Origin: Mobula hypostoma
Lineage: Eukaryota
Length of the DNA: 64,000 nt
Direction: 5' to 3'
NCBI RefSeq assembly: GCF_963921235.1
Contig: NC_086097.1
Span: 107,386,001-107,450,000 of the forward strand
A model generated the notes under the pieces. That model had not been told where the DNA came from and did no database searches. It was given only the letters and a program-made list of their open reading frames with translations. Made by a program: the position numbers and the translations under genes. Below, in pieces: positions 36,925-50,689 of the stretch (positions are counted from its first letter, which is position 1; each line of letters starts with the position of its first letter).

Positions 36925-37570
36925 ATGAGGCCTCTGTCTCCCGCACCATCACTAACCTCAGCAACTCTGCCACTGCCACAAACTTCCCTTACCCTGCACT
37001 GCTCGTTTCTACTTCCTGCCCAAGATCTGCAAACCTTACTGTCCAGATAGACCCATTGTCTCTGCCTGCCCCACTGAACTCAAGTCCTCATATCCTAACA
37101 CCATTCTAACACCACCCTTTGGTTCTTTCCCTTCCCAACTACATCTGTGACACTTCACATGCTCTCTCAATCTCCTCAAGAACTTTCAATTCCCTGGCCC
37201 TGACCGCCTCATTTTCACCATGGATGTCCAGTCTCTATACACTTCTATCCCCCACCAAGAAGGCCTTAAAGCTCTCCACATCTTTCTCAACAATAGACCT
37301 GAGCAGCAGCCCCCACCATCACCCTCCTCTGGCAGAAGTGGTCCTCACCCTCAACAATTTCTCTTTCAGCTCCTCCCATTTTCTCCAAACCCAAGGTGGT
37401 AACCATGTGCACCTGCTTGGGCCCCAGCTGTGCCTGCCTTTTTGCTGGTTATGTGGAACAGTCCGTGTTCCAAGCCTTCCCTGGTGATACTCCCAAACTC
37501 TTTCTGCGCTACATTGGTGGTGCTTCATGCACCCATGGTGAGACCCAGTGTAAATTGGGAGACTGCTTTG
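36925..37570 (+). mobile_element. Penelope-like RT fragment
   Basis: MDVQSLYTSIPHQEGLKAL, LTLNNFSF, GPSCACLF..YVEQ and FLRYI motifs. Confidence 0.85.
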
Positions 37571-37631
37571 ATTATTGTTATTGTTTGAGAATAGGCCAAC
37601 CAATGTAGCATTGTTAGCAAATTTAATTAGC

Positions 37632-38262
37632 TTAGATTTTTAGATTATGAAGACACGTAGTCCTCTTTTATTGTCATTTAGTAATGCATGCATTAAGAAG
37701 TGATACAATATTTCCTCCGGTGTGATATCACAAAACACAGGACAGACCAAGACTGAAAAACTGACAAAACCACATAATTATAACATATAGTTACAACAGT
37801 GCAACAATACCATAACTTGATGAAGAAGTCCATGAGCACGGTAAAGTTCAAAGTCTCTCAAATGTCCCACATCTCACACAGACGGGAGAAGGAAGAAAAA
37901 CTCTCCCTGCCATACCCGACCATAATCTGACTCTGAGTCATCCGAAAACTTCAAGCTCTGATCAGCTCTCCGACACCGAGTACTGAGCGCCATCTCTGTT
38001 TGAACGATTCAACCTCCTTCTCGGTTGCCAAAAGCAGGCAAGGCCGGGGATTTTGAGGCCTACCCTCCAAAAGATTCCCCACCTTGCAGTAATGACAGCA
38101 GCGAACGAGTGTTTCAGAAATTTCTCCAGATGTTCCTCTGTGCTTTCACGTCCATTCTCCATCAAATCAGAATTGTCCACGGCCCCTATCTAACAGATAC
38201 GATATCTTTTTTCACCAGAGGGCTGTGCACGCACAGGCACGCCGCCATCTTCTCCTCCCACC
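37632..38262 (-). mobile_element. Non-autonomous ~630-bp retroelement with an 8-bp TSD
   Basis: TAATTAGC at 37624-37631 and 38263-38270; 5' GGTGGGAGGAGAAGATGGCGGCG; 3' AATAAA followed by AATCT repeats. Confidence 0.75.
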
Positions 38263-40188
38263 TAATTAGCAGGTTAGAGCTGTGGGTGGCAACACGGTCA
38301 TGGGTATTCTCGTCAGGAGTGAGTTATTGTTTGAGGTAGCAAGTGAGAGAATGACATCTTGCAGGACAAGTGACCTTTTGAAAACTGTAAGTCTCGTCAG
38401 GTGTAAGTTTTATTTGAGCCAATAAAAAGAAGGGATGTGTAAGCACAGCAGCCATTTCCTGGTGCTGAAATCTCTGATGTACAGTCATGTATGAACTCCC
38501 TTTCCTGTTAACTGACTACCCCTCTGTAAACAGGATTGTTGTCCATGTTGGCACAAATGGCATTGTTCAGCAACCACTTGAGCTGCTCAGACATCCCATC
38601 CTATTCAGACCATTGTCACTGTAATGGACTAAATGATCGTATTAAAGGTGTTAACAGAAAAAAACTTTCTACTCTTAAAATCTACCTCCCCTGTTGCACC
38701 ACTCCAAACTAGTCCGTTTAAGCTAACTCTTCCAAATGTGAGAGCCCTTTCAAACAAGATTTTTATCTTAAATTCTTTTATTACCTCTACAGACATTGAT
38801 TTTCTGTTCTTAACTGAGACCTGGCCAAGTGAATATAGCCAGCTATCTGAACTGTGTCCCCCCTGACTGTGACAGTTTCAATGTACCAAGGTCTAGTGGA
38901 TGATGTGGCGGGCTTGCCACTGTGATCAGAAAGCATTTTAGGTGCAATCTACTGTCTATCAACAATATTTCAGGTTTTGAGGTACATACAGTATGTTTCA
39001 AATTTGTGGTTCAGATCGTGTCCTCTGCTTTCTCATTTATTGCCCTCCTAAATCACGAGCTTACTAAACAGACAAGATCTTACCCGGCATGTCACTGAGC
39101 CCACCCATCGACTTGGAAATACACTTGATTTAGTAATGACAAAAGGGTTAAATATTATTCATACCAATATCTGTGATCAGTTTTGAGTCCTCCTGACTGG
39201 AACCAAGACCACAAAAGGAATTACATTAAAAAGAACAATTTTGTGATGCTGCAACGCAACTCAGATTCTTTGAGCTACCAGTTATCTGACCCATGTGAAT
39301 TAAACTGCTCAGTAAATTAAATGGTTGATTCTTTCAACAATAACTTAACAAGTAGAAAACATTGTGGCCCCACTTGTGAAAGAAATCACTTGGTGAAGAA
39401 GTCACTATAGTTAAACAATTCTGTTCTCGAACTGAGGCCAGCATGTAGAGTAGCTGAGAGGAGGTGGAAGAAAACTCCATTGGAATATTTTCAAGGAAAA
39501 CCTGGGTTCCTTTAAAGCTGCTACAGCAGAGCCCATTTTCCCAAGATTATTACAGAGAATATCAGTGATTCAAGAATATTGTTCTCAACTATAAACCAAC
39601 TGTTGAACCCTGCCCCAACCTATAATGTCCTCAGTCAAGCATCTGCCGCAAAATGGGAGAAATTTGCAATATTTTTTATCAACAAAATTACTTCCATTAG
39701 GGAGACTATACCTGTAGCTACAGATATTGGTAACCTCTACAGCTAACCTTTTGATAAGACGATAACCATGTCAACATTTACAAGTGTTTCTGATACAGAA
39801 CTCTGTAAGATTGTAACAAAAAGTAAACCGTCTACTTGATAACTTGACCATGTCCCTCCTACAATTTTTAAGTACTGTTTTAATAATGTTTTCAATTTTG
39901 TTAGGAAAATTATTAACACATGCCTTGAAACTGGAGTTTTTTTAGATGCCTTCAAAAGTGTGGCTGTTAACAGCCTTACTTAAAAAGCCAAATCTTGATA
40001 GTGAGGTACTCGCTAACAAAAGGACTATGTCAAATCTTGCTTTCCTGGACAAGATTCCTGAGAAAGGCACTTCCAACCAACTCAAGAACTATCTGAATGA
40101 GAATAATTTTCTACAAAAATTTCCTTCAGGTTTTAGGGCAAGCCACAGCATGGAGACGGCCCTTACCAAAATTGTCAGTGACCTTAGA

Positions 40189-41092
40189 CCATAAGACCAT
40201 AATATATAGGAGCAGAAGTAGGCCATTTGGTCCATTGAGCCTGCTCCACCGCTGATCCAATTCTTCCAGTCATCCCTACTCCCTTGCCTTCTCCCCATAC
40301 CCTTTGATACCCCGGCTGATCAAGAACCTATCTACCTCTGCCTTAAAATGCACCCAATGACTTGGCCTCCACAGCTGCTCGTGGCAACAAATTCCACAGA
40401 TTTACCGTCCTCTGACCAAAGTAATTTCTCCGCATCTCTGTTCTAAATGGATGTCCTTCAATCCTGAAGTTTTGCCCTCTTGTCCTGGACACCCCTACCA
40501 TGGGAAATAACTTTTTCATATCTAATCTGTTCAGGCCTTTTAACATTTGGAATGTTCCTATGAGATCCCCCTTCATTCTCCTGAACTCCAGGGAATACAG
40601 CCGAAGATCTGCCAGATGTTCCTCATACAGTAACCCTCTCATTCCTGGAATCATTCTCATGAATCTTCTCTGAACCCTCTCCAATGTCAGTATATTCTTT
40701 CTAAATTAAGGATCCCAAAACAGCACATAATACTCCAAGTGTGGTCTCACACGTGCCTTATAGAGCCTCAATATCACATCCCTGCTCTTACATTCTATAC
40801 CTCTAGAAATGAATGCCAACATTGCATTCACCTTCTTCACAACCGACTCATCCTGGAGGTTAACCTTTAGCGCATTCTGTATAAGGACCCCCAAGTCCCT
40901 TTGAATCTCTGCATTTTGAATTCTCTCCCCATCTAAATAATAGTCTGCCCATTTATTTCTTCCACCAAAGTGCATGACCATACACTTTCCAACACTGTAT
41001 TTCATTTGCCACTTCTTTGCCCATTCCCCTAAACTATCCAAGTCTCCCTGCAAGCTCACTGTTTCCTCAATACTACCCGCTCCTCCACCTAT
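40189..41092 (-). mobile_element. CR1 3' part inserted in L2
   Basis: WAKKWQMKY, RPHLEYYV and RMKGDLI motifs; reversed (TCTTATGG)n tail. Confidence 0.9.
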
Positions 41093-41403
41093 CACTGATG
41101 GCAACAGAGTCTCAGTTCTAATTCTTCTAAACCTAAGTGCTGCCTTCGACACAATTGGCCACAACATTTCCTAGATCCTAGTGCCCTTAACTGGCTTTGT
41201 TCATACCTCTTAAAGAGAATTTTTTTCGTCTGTCTTGGAAATCAATTTTCTAAGAGATACAATGTACCTTTTAGTGTTGCCCAGGGAAGCTGTATTGGTC
41301 CCCTACTCTTCTCCATATACATGCTTCCCTTAGGAGACACCATTAGAAAGGATAAACCTGATTTCCAGTTATGCAGGTGACACAATATTGTGTATCTTAG
41401 TTG

Positions 41404-42200
41404 ATGGGGTCATGAACGACTCCATGTCGAAGTGGCGGGGAAGATTGAAGCCTCAAGGTGAGTGCGGAGGGGGTCAGCGATTGCTCCCTACAGAAGCCAC
41501 CAAGGTGAATGCGGAGGGGGTCAGTGATCACTCCCAAATAGCCCACCAGGCGACAACAGTCAGCAACTGGGTCGGTGACGATCAGACCAGGTGTGAGTTC
41601 AGAGTTGTGGAAGGACTGTTTGAGGTTCTAAGATTTATGTGATAATTGGACAGTACTTTATATTGGTCTCCTTTGGCTTTTCAGAGATTTTCTTGTGAGG
41701 CCGATTGGCGGGAGGGTGATCTGTTAGTTTTTGTGTGTGAGGAAGAGTTGGGGGTTTTGATGCTACTGTCACTGTCCTTTCTTGCAAGTGAGGGGTTCGA
41801 GGTTTGTTATTGTTGCTGTTTTTTCTGCAAAGGAGGGGTGGGGGTTTTGATGCTATTGTCACTGTTCTTTCCTGCAGGGGAGAGGTGGGAGAATGTTATT
41901 GTTGCTGTTTTTCCTGTGGGGGAGGGGTGAGGGATCTGATGTTATTGTCACTTTTTTCTGCGGGGGGGGGTTGCAGATTGTTATTGTCGCTGTTTTTCTT
42001 CCCTGTGGGAGAGGGAGTGGGTAATTTTAGGGTTTGCAAGTTTTGTTTCTGTTTCTTTTTTGTGTGATGGGGGGTAGTTGATGTCTTTTCTTTCAACAAC
42101 TCCCATGGTCCTTCTTTATGTCATGGCTATCTGGAGAAGACAAATATCAGAGTTGTAGTGTACATGCATACTTTGGCAATAAAATGAACCTTTGAACCTC
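41404..42200 (+). repeat. Unclassified retro-repeat in L2 with an internal ~35-bp G/T-rich tandem array
   Basis: Repeating GGGGTTTTGATGCTATTGTCACTGTT-like units at about 41745-42030; AATAAA followed by TGAACCTTTGAACCT. Confidence 0.5.
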
Positions 42201-43380
42201 TAACATCTCTGACTTCTGGTATGGCTGCAATTAACTAATGGATCAGCAATAATTTTCCACAACTAAATGAAGATAAAACTGAAATACTTTTGACTGGTCC
42301 CAAATCCAAAAGAGATAAACTTCTTGATAAATTTTGGAACTGGGCTCCCCTTGTAAAATCAGAAGTAACTGGCCTGGGTGTTATCTTTGATTCAGATTTG
42401 AATTTTAAAATCCACAAAAGGAAGTGCCTTGAGCAGCATTTCTGCACTTACGAAATATTGCAAAGGTATGTCTGTTTCTGTCTTATAACGATGCTGAGAA
42501 ACTAACTCTCACCTTTATATTGAACAGACGAAATTATTGCAATGAACTTTTTTACTGGCCTTCCAAAGCAATCTTCAACTCCTTCAAAATGCCACTGCTA
42601 GACTTTAACCAAAACCAGGATGAGGGAACGTATCACTTCCATCCTAGCCACTCTGCATTGGCTTCCCACATCTTTTACAATTGATTTTAAAGTTCTCTTA
42701 CTTGTTTTTAAAGCTCTCAATGCTCTGGGACCAGAGTACATCACAGAATTGCTTTTGTTTTATAATCCTGTTCGAGCTCTCAGGTCTTCTTTCACTAATC
42801 TCTTAAATCTAAATATAATCACCATCAAAAATAATTGGCAAGTCAGTCTTGTTGAGCTACACTCCTAGACTGTGGAATTCAATACCTAAAATGAGAATGT
42901 TAAGGATCCATGTGCGGAGACCCAGGTTTTGGAGCTTACGGGGGGTATGATGGTGTTGAATGCTGAGTTGTAATCAATAAATGGCCACTTGGTGTAGGCA
43001 TTGCTATTGTTCAGGTGATCCAAGGCCTTACAACTCATGTTCTCAGTATTATTTATTTGTTTGCTTGTTGTTTTTTGTATTTGTACAGTTTGTTTTCTTT
43101 TGCACATCGGTTGATTGTCAGTTTTTGTTCGAGTGTAGTTTTCATTGACTCTGTTGTATTCTTTGTTCTACTGTGAATGCCTGCAACAAGATGAATCCCA
43201 AGGTAGTATATAGTGACACACATCCATTTTGATAATAAATTTGCTTTGAACTTTGAACTTGTTTTTGTCAAACATTATTTATGGTGCACCACTGTCTTCC
43301 TCTTTTCCTCACCTTTGTATTTTACACGCCTTATTTTCTTACAGTGAAATAAGTAGAACTTCTGAGTGAATTTAAAAATG

Positions 43381-43710
43381 CAAACAAAAGGAAATCTGCA
43401 GATGCTGGAATTTCAAGCAACAGACATAAAAATTACTGGTGAACGCAGCAGGCCAGGCAGCATCTATAGGAAGCGGTACAGTCGACGTTTCGGGCCGGGA
43501 CCCTTCGTCAGAACTAACTGAAAGAAGAGATCGTGAGAGATTTGAAAGTGGGAGTGGGAGGGGGAGGGGGAGATCTGAAATGATAGGAGAAGACAGTAGG
43601 GGGAAGGGATGGAGCTAAGAGCTGGAAAGTTGATTGGTAAAAGGGATATGAGAGGATCATGGGACGGACGGGAGGCCTAGGGAGAAAGAAAGGGGGAGGG
43701 GGGAAGCCCT
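43381..43710 (-). mobile_element. Penelope-like terminal repeat
   Basis: Homologous to 19050-19360. Confidence 0.8.
43480..43515 (-). ncRNA. Minimal hammerhead ribozyme
   Basis: Minus strand AGUU-CUGACGA-AGGGUCCCGGCCC-GAAACGUC-GACU, core intact. Confidence 0.65.
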
Positions 43711-44961
43711 TTACTTTGCCCTTGTTAGACTAAGCTAAATCATGACAGGAGGCACAAGAGACTGCAAATGTTGGAATCTGGAGCAAAATTCCTTTCCCTT
43801 TCTCTCTCCCCCACCCACAGATGCTATTTAGCTTACTGAGTTCTTCCAACATAGTGTTTTAGGCAGATATGTTTCCCAAGTACCCCATGGTTAGCTAGAA
43901 GTTAACTAATTTATGCGTCATTGTTAAACCCTTGTAACAGATTTTCCTTAGAGCTTCCTGGAGAATTTTCACTGCTGTAACATTTGACATGAAAAGATGT
44001 GTTGAAATAAGCGTGTGCTTAATACTATTATGTTTTATAAAGCTCTTACATATAAATGTACAAAACTAAGAACGATATCCTAGACCTGTTCTTTGGTCAA
44101 GCCATGACATGAGAAGATAGACCTCCAGTCTTTGATCAGCCGTCCTGTTGGAATATAGGGCCCAACATCCTATTTTGATCCATTGGGCAAATGCTGTATG
44201 TATGATTATTTTAGAAATTTATCAGTTCTTTTGCATAATAATCAATGCATAATCTTAGAGAAATATCCATTGTCCTTTTCCAACACTCATAATATATCAC
44301 TGCTGGCTTGAATATTTAATATTGACAGAAGGTTCCCTGGCCTAATACCTCTTTAAGAACTTTAACTAACTTAAGCCAATAAGTAAAATGTCTGGTAATT
44401 GGCTCATAGTCACGACACCACGCAGTTCAGAATGAAGTTCTACCAGAATTTATATTTTTAACACAACTGCTATTGTTGACCACATTGAACACAACCTTGT
44501 TCTTTCAGCATCTTATATAATTAATTATCTGACTCTTCATTTGAACATTCAACTAATTTAGTACATTTCTTCAAAGATTTTTCATTTATCTGCAAGAGTA
44601 AAGTATTTTTTGTGACTTTTTAGTAATTTCCATTGGAACTGGAAAAGCATCTTTTACGTTAAGCTTTCCAATGTGAAAATGAAATTTTGTCTGATTTCTC
44701 ATGTAGTAAGCATGACAAGATATGTCAATCACATTTTCAAGATCAATTATAGATCAGGTAATCATACTGAGATACCTGTGCATCCTCAAAGCAGCTTTTA
44801 GCAGTGTTGGTAATTTTAGACAAAGAATCACATTAAAAGCAAGTAGTAAAGTATGAGATCTATCTAAGGAGAACTGAGCATTTTCACTTCAATTTTTTTC
44901 AACTTGAATTTAGTTCTCTTCCCCATCATCAGTTTATGTGCAGAAAATGCATCTAGTATAG

Positions 44962-46900
44962 ACCATAAGACTCTAAGATCACCGAGCAGAATTAGGCCAT
45001 ATGGCCCATCTAGTTTGCTCCGCCATTTCATTATGGCTGATCCATTGACCCTCTCAGCCCCAATCTCCTGCCTTCTCCCTGTATCCCTTCATGTCCTGAC
45101 TAAATAAGAATCTATCTTAAATATACCCAATAACTTGGCCTCCACAGCTACCCGTGGCAATGAATTCCACAGATTCACCACTCTCTGGCTAAAGAAATTC
45201 CTCCTCACCTCCATTCTAAAAGGATGCCCCTCTATTCTGAGGTTGTGTCCTCTGGCCTTAGCCTACCCCACTACGGGAAACATCCTCTCTACATCCACTC
45301 CATCAAGGCCTTTCAATATGCAATACGTTTCAATGAGATCACCCCTCACTCTTCTGAACTGCAGTGAGTACAGGTCCAGAGCCATCAAATGCTCTTCATA
45401 TAAGCCCTTCAATTCTGGAATCATTTTTGTGAACCTCCTTTGAACCTTCTCAAATGTCAGCACGTTTTTCTTAGATAAGGGGCTCAAAACTGCTCACAAT
45501 ACTCCAAGTGAGGCCTCATCAATGCTTTATAAAGTGTTAATGTTGTATCCTTGCGTTTGTATTATAGTCCTCTTGAAATAAATGCTAACATTGCATTTGT
45601 CTTCCTTACTACCAACTCAATCTGCAAATTAAATTTTAGGGAGTCCTGCACAAGGACTCCTAAATCCCTTTGCACTTCAGATTTTTGAATTTTCTCTCCA
45701 CTTAGAGAATAGGCTACTCTGTTTTCTTTTCCTCCAAAGTTCATGACCATACACTTCACGATACTAGTTTCCATCTGCCATTTCTTTGCCCATTCTCCTA
45801 ATCTGTCTCAGTCCTTCTGTAGCCTCTACTTCCTCAAAACTTCCTGCCCTTCCACCTATCTTCATATCATCCGCAAACCTGGCCAGAAAGCTATCAATTC
45901 TGTCATCAAAATTATTGACATATAACATAAAAAGAAGCAGTCCCAACATAGACCCCTGTGGAACACCACCATTCACCGACAACCAGAAAAGGCTCCATTT
46001 GTTCCTATTGTTTGCCTCCTGCCAATCAGCCACTGTTTTATCCATGCCAGTATCTTTCCTGTAATACCATGGGCTCATAACTTGTTAAGCAGCCTCATGA
46101 GAGGCACCTTGTCAAAGGTTTTCTGAAAATCCATATACAAACATCCACTGATTCTCCTTTGTCTATCCTGCTTGTTATTTCTTCAAAGAGTTCTAGCAGA
46201 TTAGTTAGAGAAGATTTTCCCTTGAGGATTACAGCCTATTTTATCATGTGCCTCCAAGTACCCCACATCATATCCATAACAATTGACTCCAGCATCTTCC
46301 CAGCCACTGAGGTCCAACTAACTAGCCTATAATTTCCTTTCTTCTGCCTTCTTTAAGAGTGGAGTGACACTTGCAATTTTTTCAGTCCTCTGAAATCATG
46401 CCAGAATCAATTGATTCTTGAAAGATCATTACTAATCCCTCCATCATCTTTTCAGCCACCTCTCTCAGAACCCTGGGGTGTACACTATCTGGTCCAGGTG
46501 ACTTATCTACCTTCAGACCTTTTAGTTTCCCAAGAACGTTCTCTCTGGTAATGGTAACTTAACTCACTTCTGCCTCCAGCATACTGCCTGTGTTTTCCAC
46601 AGCGAAGACAGATGCAAAATACTTACTCAGTTCATCCACCATTTCCTTGTCCCCCATTACTACTGTTCCGGCATAATTTTCCAGTGGTCTGAAATCCACG
46701 CTTGCCTCTCTTTCATACCTTATGTATCTAAAGAATCTTTTGGTATCCTCTTTAATTTTATTGGATAGTTTACCTTCATATTCCATCTTTTTCTTCTTAG
46801 TGACTTTTTAAGTTGCCTTTTGTTGGTTTTTAAAAGCTTCCCAATCTTCTAACTTCCCACTAATTTTTGCGATATAATATGCCCTTTCTTTGGCTTTTAT
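44962..46900 (-). mobile_element. CR1, about 1.9 kb, decayed
   Basis: LSKYFASVF, GVPQGSMLG, RFADDMKIG and RVRGDLIE motifs. Confidence 0.9.
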
Positions 46901-46902
46901 GT

Positions 46903-47512
46903 CCAGAAGCAAGGTCGCATTGTGTATTCCATGGGCCAGCAAATTCCGGTCAGCTTAGTGAACAGAGCGTTGGACACTCCTGCTGAAATCCAAAGGAAAA
47001 CACACAGAGGGGGATCACAAAGCCGAGGAAAGAGGACCGGGTCGAGACAACAGAGACTTTTGGAGAAGAGGAGTTTGGTGGTAAATACCGTTCCGCCTGA
47101 CCGGAAGTGCACCGAGAGCGGTAAGTGTAAAGGAGTGGGGTGCTTACTGATCTAGCTAACAACGGATGGTGCAATCCAGGGTATATTAAAATCGAGGAAC
47201 GTGTTTGCAGTCTGGATATTGAACTTTTTACTGTTGGACTTCAGCCACATTCCACCGTGATACAACACTTGGAGGCACGGGAGGTCGTTCCTGCCTGTGG
47301 CCATCGAACGTGCAGCTCCTCCCATGGAGGGTCAGACGCATTGAGCCAATAGACTGGTCCTGGACTTATTTTCCATCTGGCATAGTTTTGCATTTTGTTG
47401 TTTGATTGTTGGGGTTTTTTGTATTGCTATATTTACACTCTATTCTTGGTTGGTGCGGCTGTAATGAAACCAAATTTCCCTCGGGATTAATAAAGTATAT
47501 CTATCTATCTCT
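46903..47512 (+). mobile_element. Heavily deleted Rex1/Babar-type derivative
   Basis: Basic leader RKTHRGG..RGKR and endonuclease scraps (NNGWC, DIELFTV) joined to a 3' end with AATAAA and (TATC)n. Confidence 0.55.
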
Positions 47513-47529
47513 CTATGCAAGACACATCT

Positions 47530-48974
47530 TGTGAGGTTCATGAGATTTAGTTTATTGTTTGATACCAGGAGAGCAAGGCAGGAGCAGGACTAGCGAACTG
47601 GACAGGGACTCAGGACTACGACTAGGCTGGGACCAAGGGTCTGGGCTTGGACTCGGAATCGGCTCCCAGAACTAGAGGAGACTTGAAGAGGCAAGTGTAT
47701 GGACTCCGAGCCTGAGACTGGGCAAGGACCCAGTACCTGGGTCTTGCCTCGGGCTCGGACCCCAGAACCAGATATAGACATGACATGGGCTAGGGAGAGG
47801 AGGAACATGGAAACACTGAGCCTCGGTCTCGGGAGAGCAGGTACATGGAACCATGGACACATACACAGAACACAGAGTCGGGACCACTCCTTGGGTAAAG
47901 GACATAGGGCCGGGATTCACACACAGAACAGAGAGCTGGGACCCCTCTTTGGGTACAGGACATAGGGCCGGGACTTACACACAGAACAGAGAGCTGGGAC
48001 CCCTCCTTGGGTACAGGACATAGGGCCGGGTCTCACACACAGAACAGAGGGCCGGGACCCCTCCTTGGGTACAGGACATAGGGCCAGGACTCATGACCTT
48101 CCGTGGGGCAACAGCAAGACGGCCTGACTTACCCCACGGAGGCGAGGACAAGACACGACAAGACATGATTCCCCGCGGGGCAACGGCAAGACAGTCTGAC
48201 TTAGCCCCACAGAAGCGAGGACAGGACAAGACAAGACATGACTCCCCGCGGGGCAACAGCGAGGCGGCCTGACTTACCCTACGGAGGCGAAGACAAGACA
48301 AGACAAGACCAACACGAATAAACACCAGACAGTACCTATCTAGCTCCGGTGATGGAACTAGACCGAAGTGCAGGCGGGGGCTGCAGACGAGGGCTAGAGG
48401 CGAGAGGGACAGACACAGAATCACAGACTGCCAGGGCCAGGACTAGACTCAGAACTGGGAAGCTGCCAGGGCCAGGACTTGACATGGTACTTGGATGCCG
48501 CCAGGGCCAGGATGTGGACGTGGTACTTGGATGCTGCCGGAGCCAGGACTTGACATGGTACTTGGATGCCGCCGGAGCCAGGACGTGGTGCATGGAACCT
48601 CCGGGTAGTGCCGAGCTCTCAACTCGGCCCGGGAACAGTAGACAGCGGCTCTTGATTCTCTCCAGCGGGTTAACTGATGCTCACTTCGGCAAGATAACTG
48701 GACAGGGTTGCTCCGGTGAGGAAGGGCGAATTACCGACACTTGCTTCGGGTGGAGACAAGGCTTGCTCCGGCCAGATGACATTGGCACACCGTGACTTTG
48801 CAGACGCTCTCACACCGAACGGCTGAAAGCCGGAGACTATAAACTACCGGTTCAGCCGAGTGTTAATTGCCTCTCATCACCAAAGTCGAGGGACACGGGA
48901 AAACAGGGAATCAACGGTCCGGATCGTAACATAAACAAGGTAAATTTAAAGGGACCCTGATCCGGACCATGACA
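47530..48974. mobile_element. LTR-like GC-rich element with three internal minisatellites
   Basis: TGTGAGG...CATGACA termini; tandem arrays with ~56, ~70 and ~33 bp units; TSD not clean. Confidence 0.55.
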
Positions 48975-49250
48975 CGTCCATTTAGAATGGAGATGAGGAG
49001 GAATTTCTGTAGCCAGAGAGTGGTAATTCTATGGAATTCGTTGCTTCAGGTGGCTGTGGAGGCCAGGTCGTTGAGTGTATTTAAGGTGGAGGTTGATAGA
49101 TTCTTGATTAGACAGGGTGTGAAAGGTTATGGGGTGAAGGCAAGAGAATGCATTGAGAGGGAAATGGATTAGTCATGATTAAATGGCAGAGCAGCCTCGA
49201 TGGGCTGAATAGCCCAATTCTGCTCCAATATCATATGGTCTTATGGTCTA
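48975..49250 (+). mobile_element. CR1 3' fragment
   Basis: PFRMEMRRNFCSQRVV; TCTTATGG tail. Confidence 0.8.
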
Positions 49251-49829
49251 ACTAGCTCTCCTGGTATTCCATAGGACCCAACCTTCCAGGCCATGTCGGA
49301 CCTTGTCGAAGGCTTTGTTCAAGTGCCAATTGCCTGATCAAGAACCAACATCCATTGCCTGATCATCATCTACCCTTTTGGTTACCTCTTCAAATAACTC
49401 CCTTCCTTTGATGGACAGAAGTCGCCCGGTACAGAGGAATTGGGAGACAGGGGCAGGTGAGTAATAGGTGGAAAGATAACAGACGTACAAGGTTCTCTGA
49501 CTTCCAACATCTTGCAGGAGGAGCACTCCGAGAGAATTCAAAGGGACCTGTTAGTGAGGGAAATGGCGACAGGGGAACCCCACTCTGAGATACCCAACTC
49601 CAGTTCCAGTTCCTCTGTCAGGAGCTACAGCTGGGTGATGGGAACCATCGCAACAGGGTAACGGGGGTAGGGTTGAGGGCAAAAAAGGATGCTATGATTT
49701 GTAAAATTGAAAGGTAGGACAGACCAATAAACATGGTGGGACTGATGGGCTGAAATATATTTCTTTAACGCTAGGGATATATAGTTAAGGTGGATACATT
49801 TAGATCATGAATCAGCACATGGAATTATG

Positions 49830-50600
49830 ATGTTGTTGCCATTACAGAAACCTGATTGCATGAGGGACAGGACTGGTAGCTCAGCATTCCTGGGTTTTGT
49901 TGTTTTAGCTGTGATAGAAGAGGAGGTAAAAGAGATTGAGGGATGCACTACTAATGAGGCACAATGTTATAGCAGTACTCAGCGAGTACACACTGGAGGG
50001 ATCGTCCATGGAGTTAATCTAGGTGAAGCTCAGAAATATGAAAGATGGTAGAAGAGCAGGTCTTTAGATAGATTATGCAAAAGTGCAGAAACAATAGGGA
50101 CTTTAACTTCTCCAGTATTGATTAGAACTTCCTCAGTACAAAAGGCTTAGGTGGGATGGGATTTCTATAGTACATCCAAGAGAGACTCTTGAAATTGTAT
50201 GTGGAAAGTCCATATACAACGGAAAACATACTGGAACAGGTTCTGGGAAATAAGCCAGGCCAGGTGACAGACCTGATAGCAGGGGACCATTTTGGGAATA
50301 CTGACCACAGCTCATTATGTTTAAGATAGTTATGGGTAAGGATAAATTTGGACTTTGCAGGAAGATACTAAATTGGAGGATGGAAAAATATGGGATATAA
50401 CAGGAGCTGAAGTGTATTGATTGGGAGCAGCTGCTGTTGGAAAAGTCCACGTCTGACATGTGGGAGTTGCTTAGAGACCATCTGAGCAGAGGTCACTATA
50501 GGTAAGTTTCGGTAAGGAGTAAGGACAAAGAAGGTATGGTAAGGGGACCTTGGGGACCTCAGGGATCCTAATTTACTCTGGAAAAAGGAAGCACATGCAT
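49830..50600 (+). mobile_element. Very old CR1 endonuclease-region fragment
   Basis: YDVVAIT and GDFNFSSID-like remnants, collinear with 375-1200. Confidence 0.6.
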
Positions 50601-50689
50601 GGTTTAGGAAGCAAAATTTATCATTTCCCTCCAATGTCAGTAAAACAAAAGATAGTTTTGTAAAGATTAGCTGTGTTTGCCATGTAATT

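Larger units (their letters stand above)
38500..42885 (+). mobile_element. Old L2-clade LINE with nested insertions
   Basis: IVVHVGTN, FLFLTETW, SGFRASHSMETAL, LILLNLSAAFDTI, QGSCIGPLLF, QLNEDKTE and LHWLP..IDFKVLLLVFK occur in order. Confidence 0.85.

Noticed and set aside
47865..48590. CRISPR-like array
   Set aside because: The units are contiguous tandem repeats without unique spacers, there are no cas genes, and the context is eukaryotic
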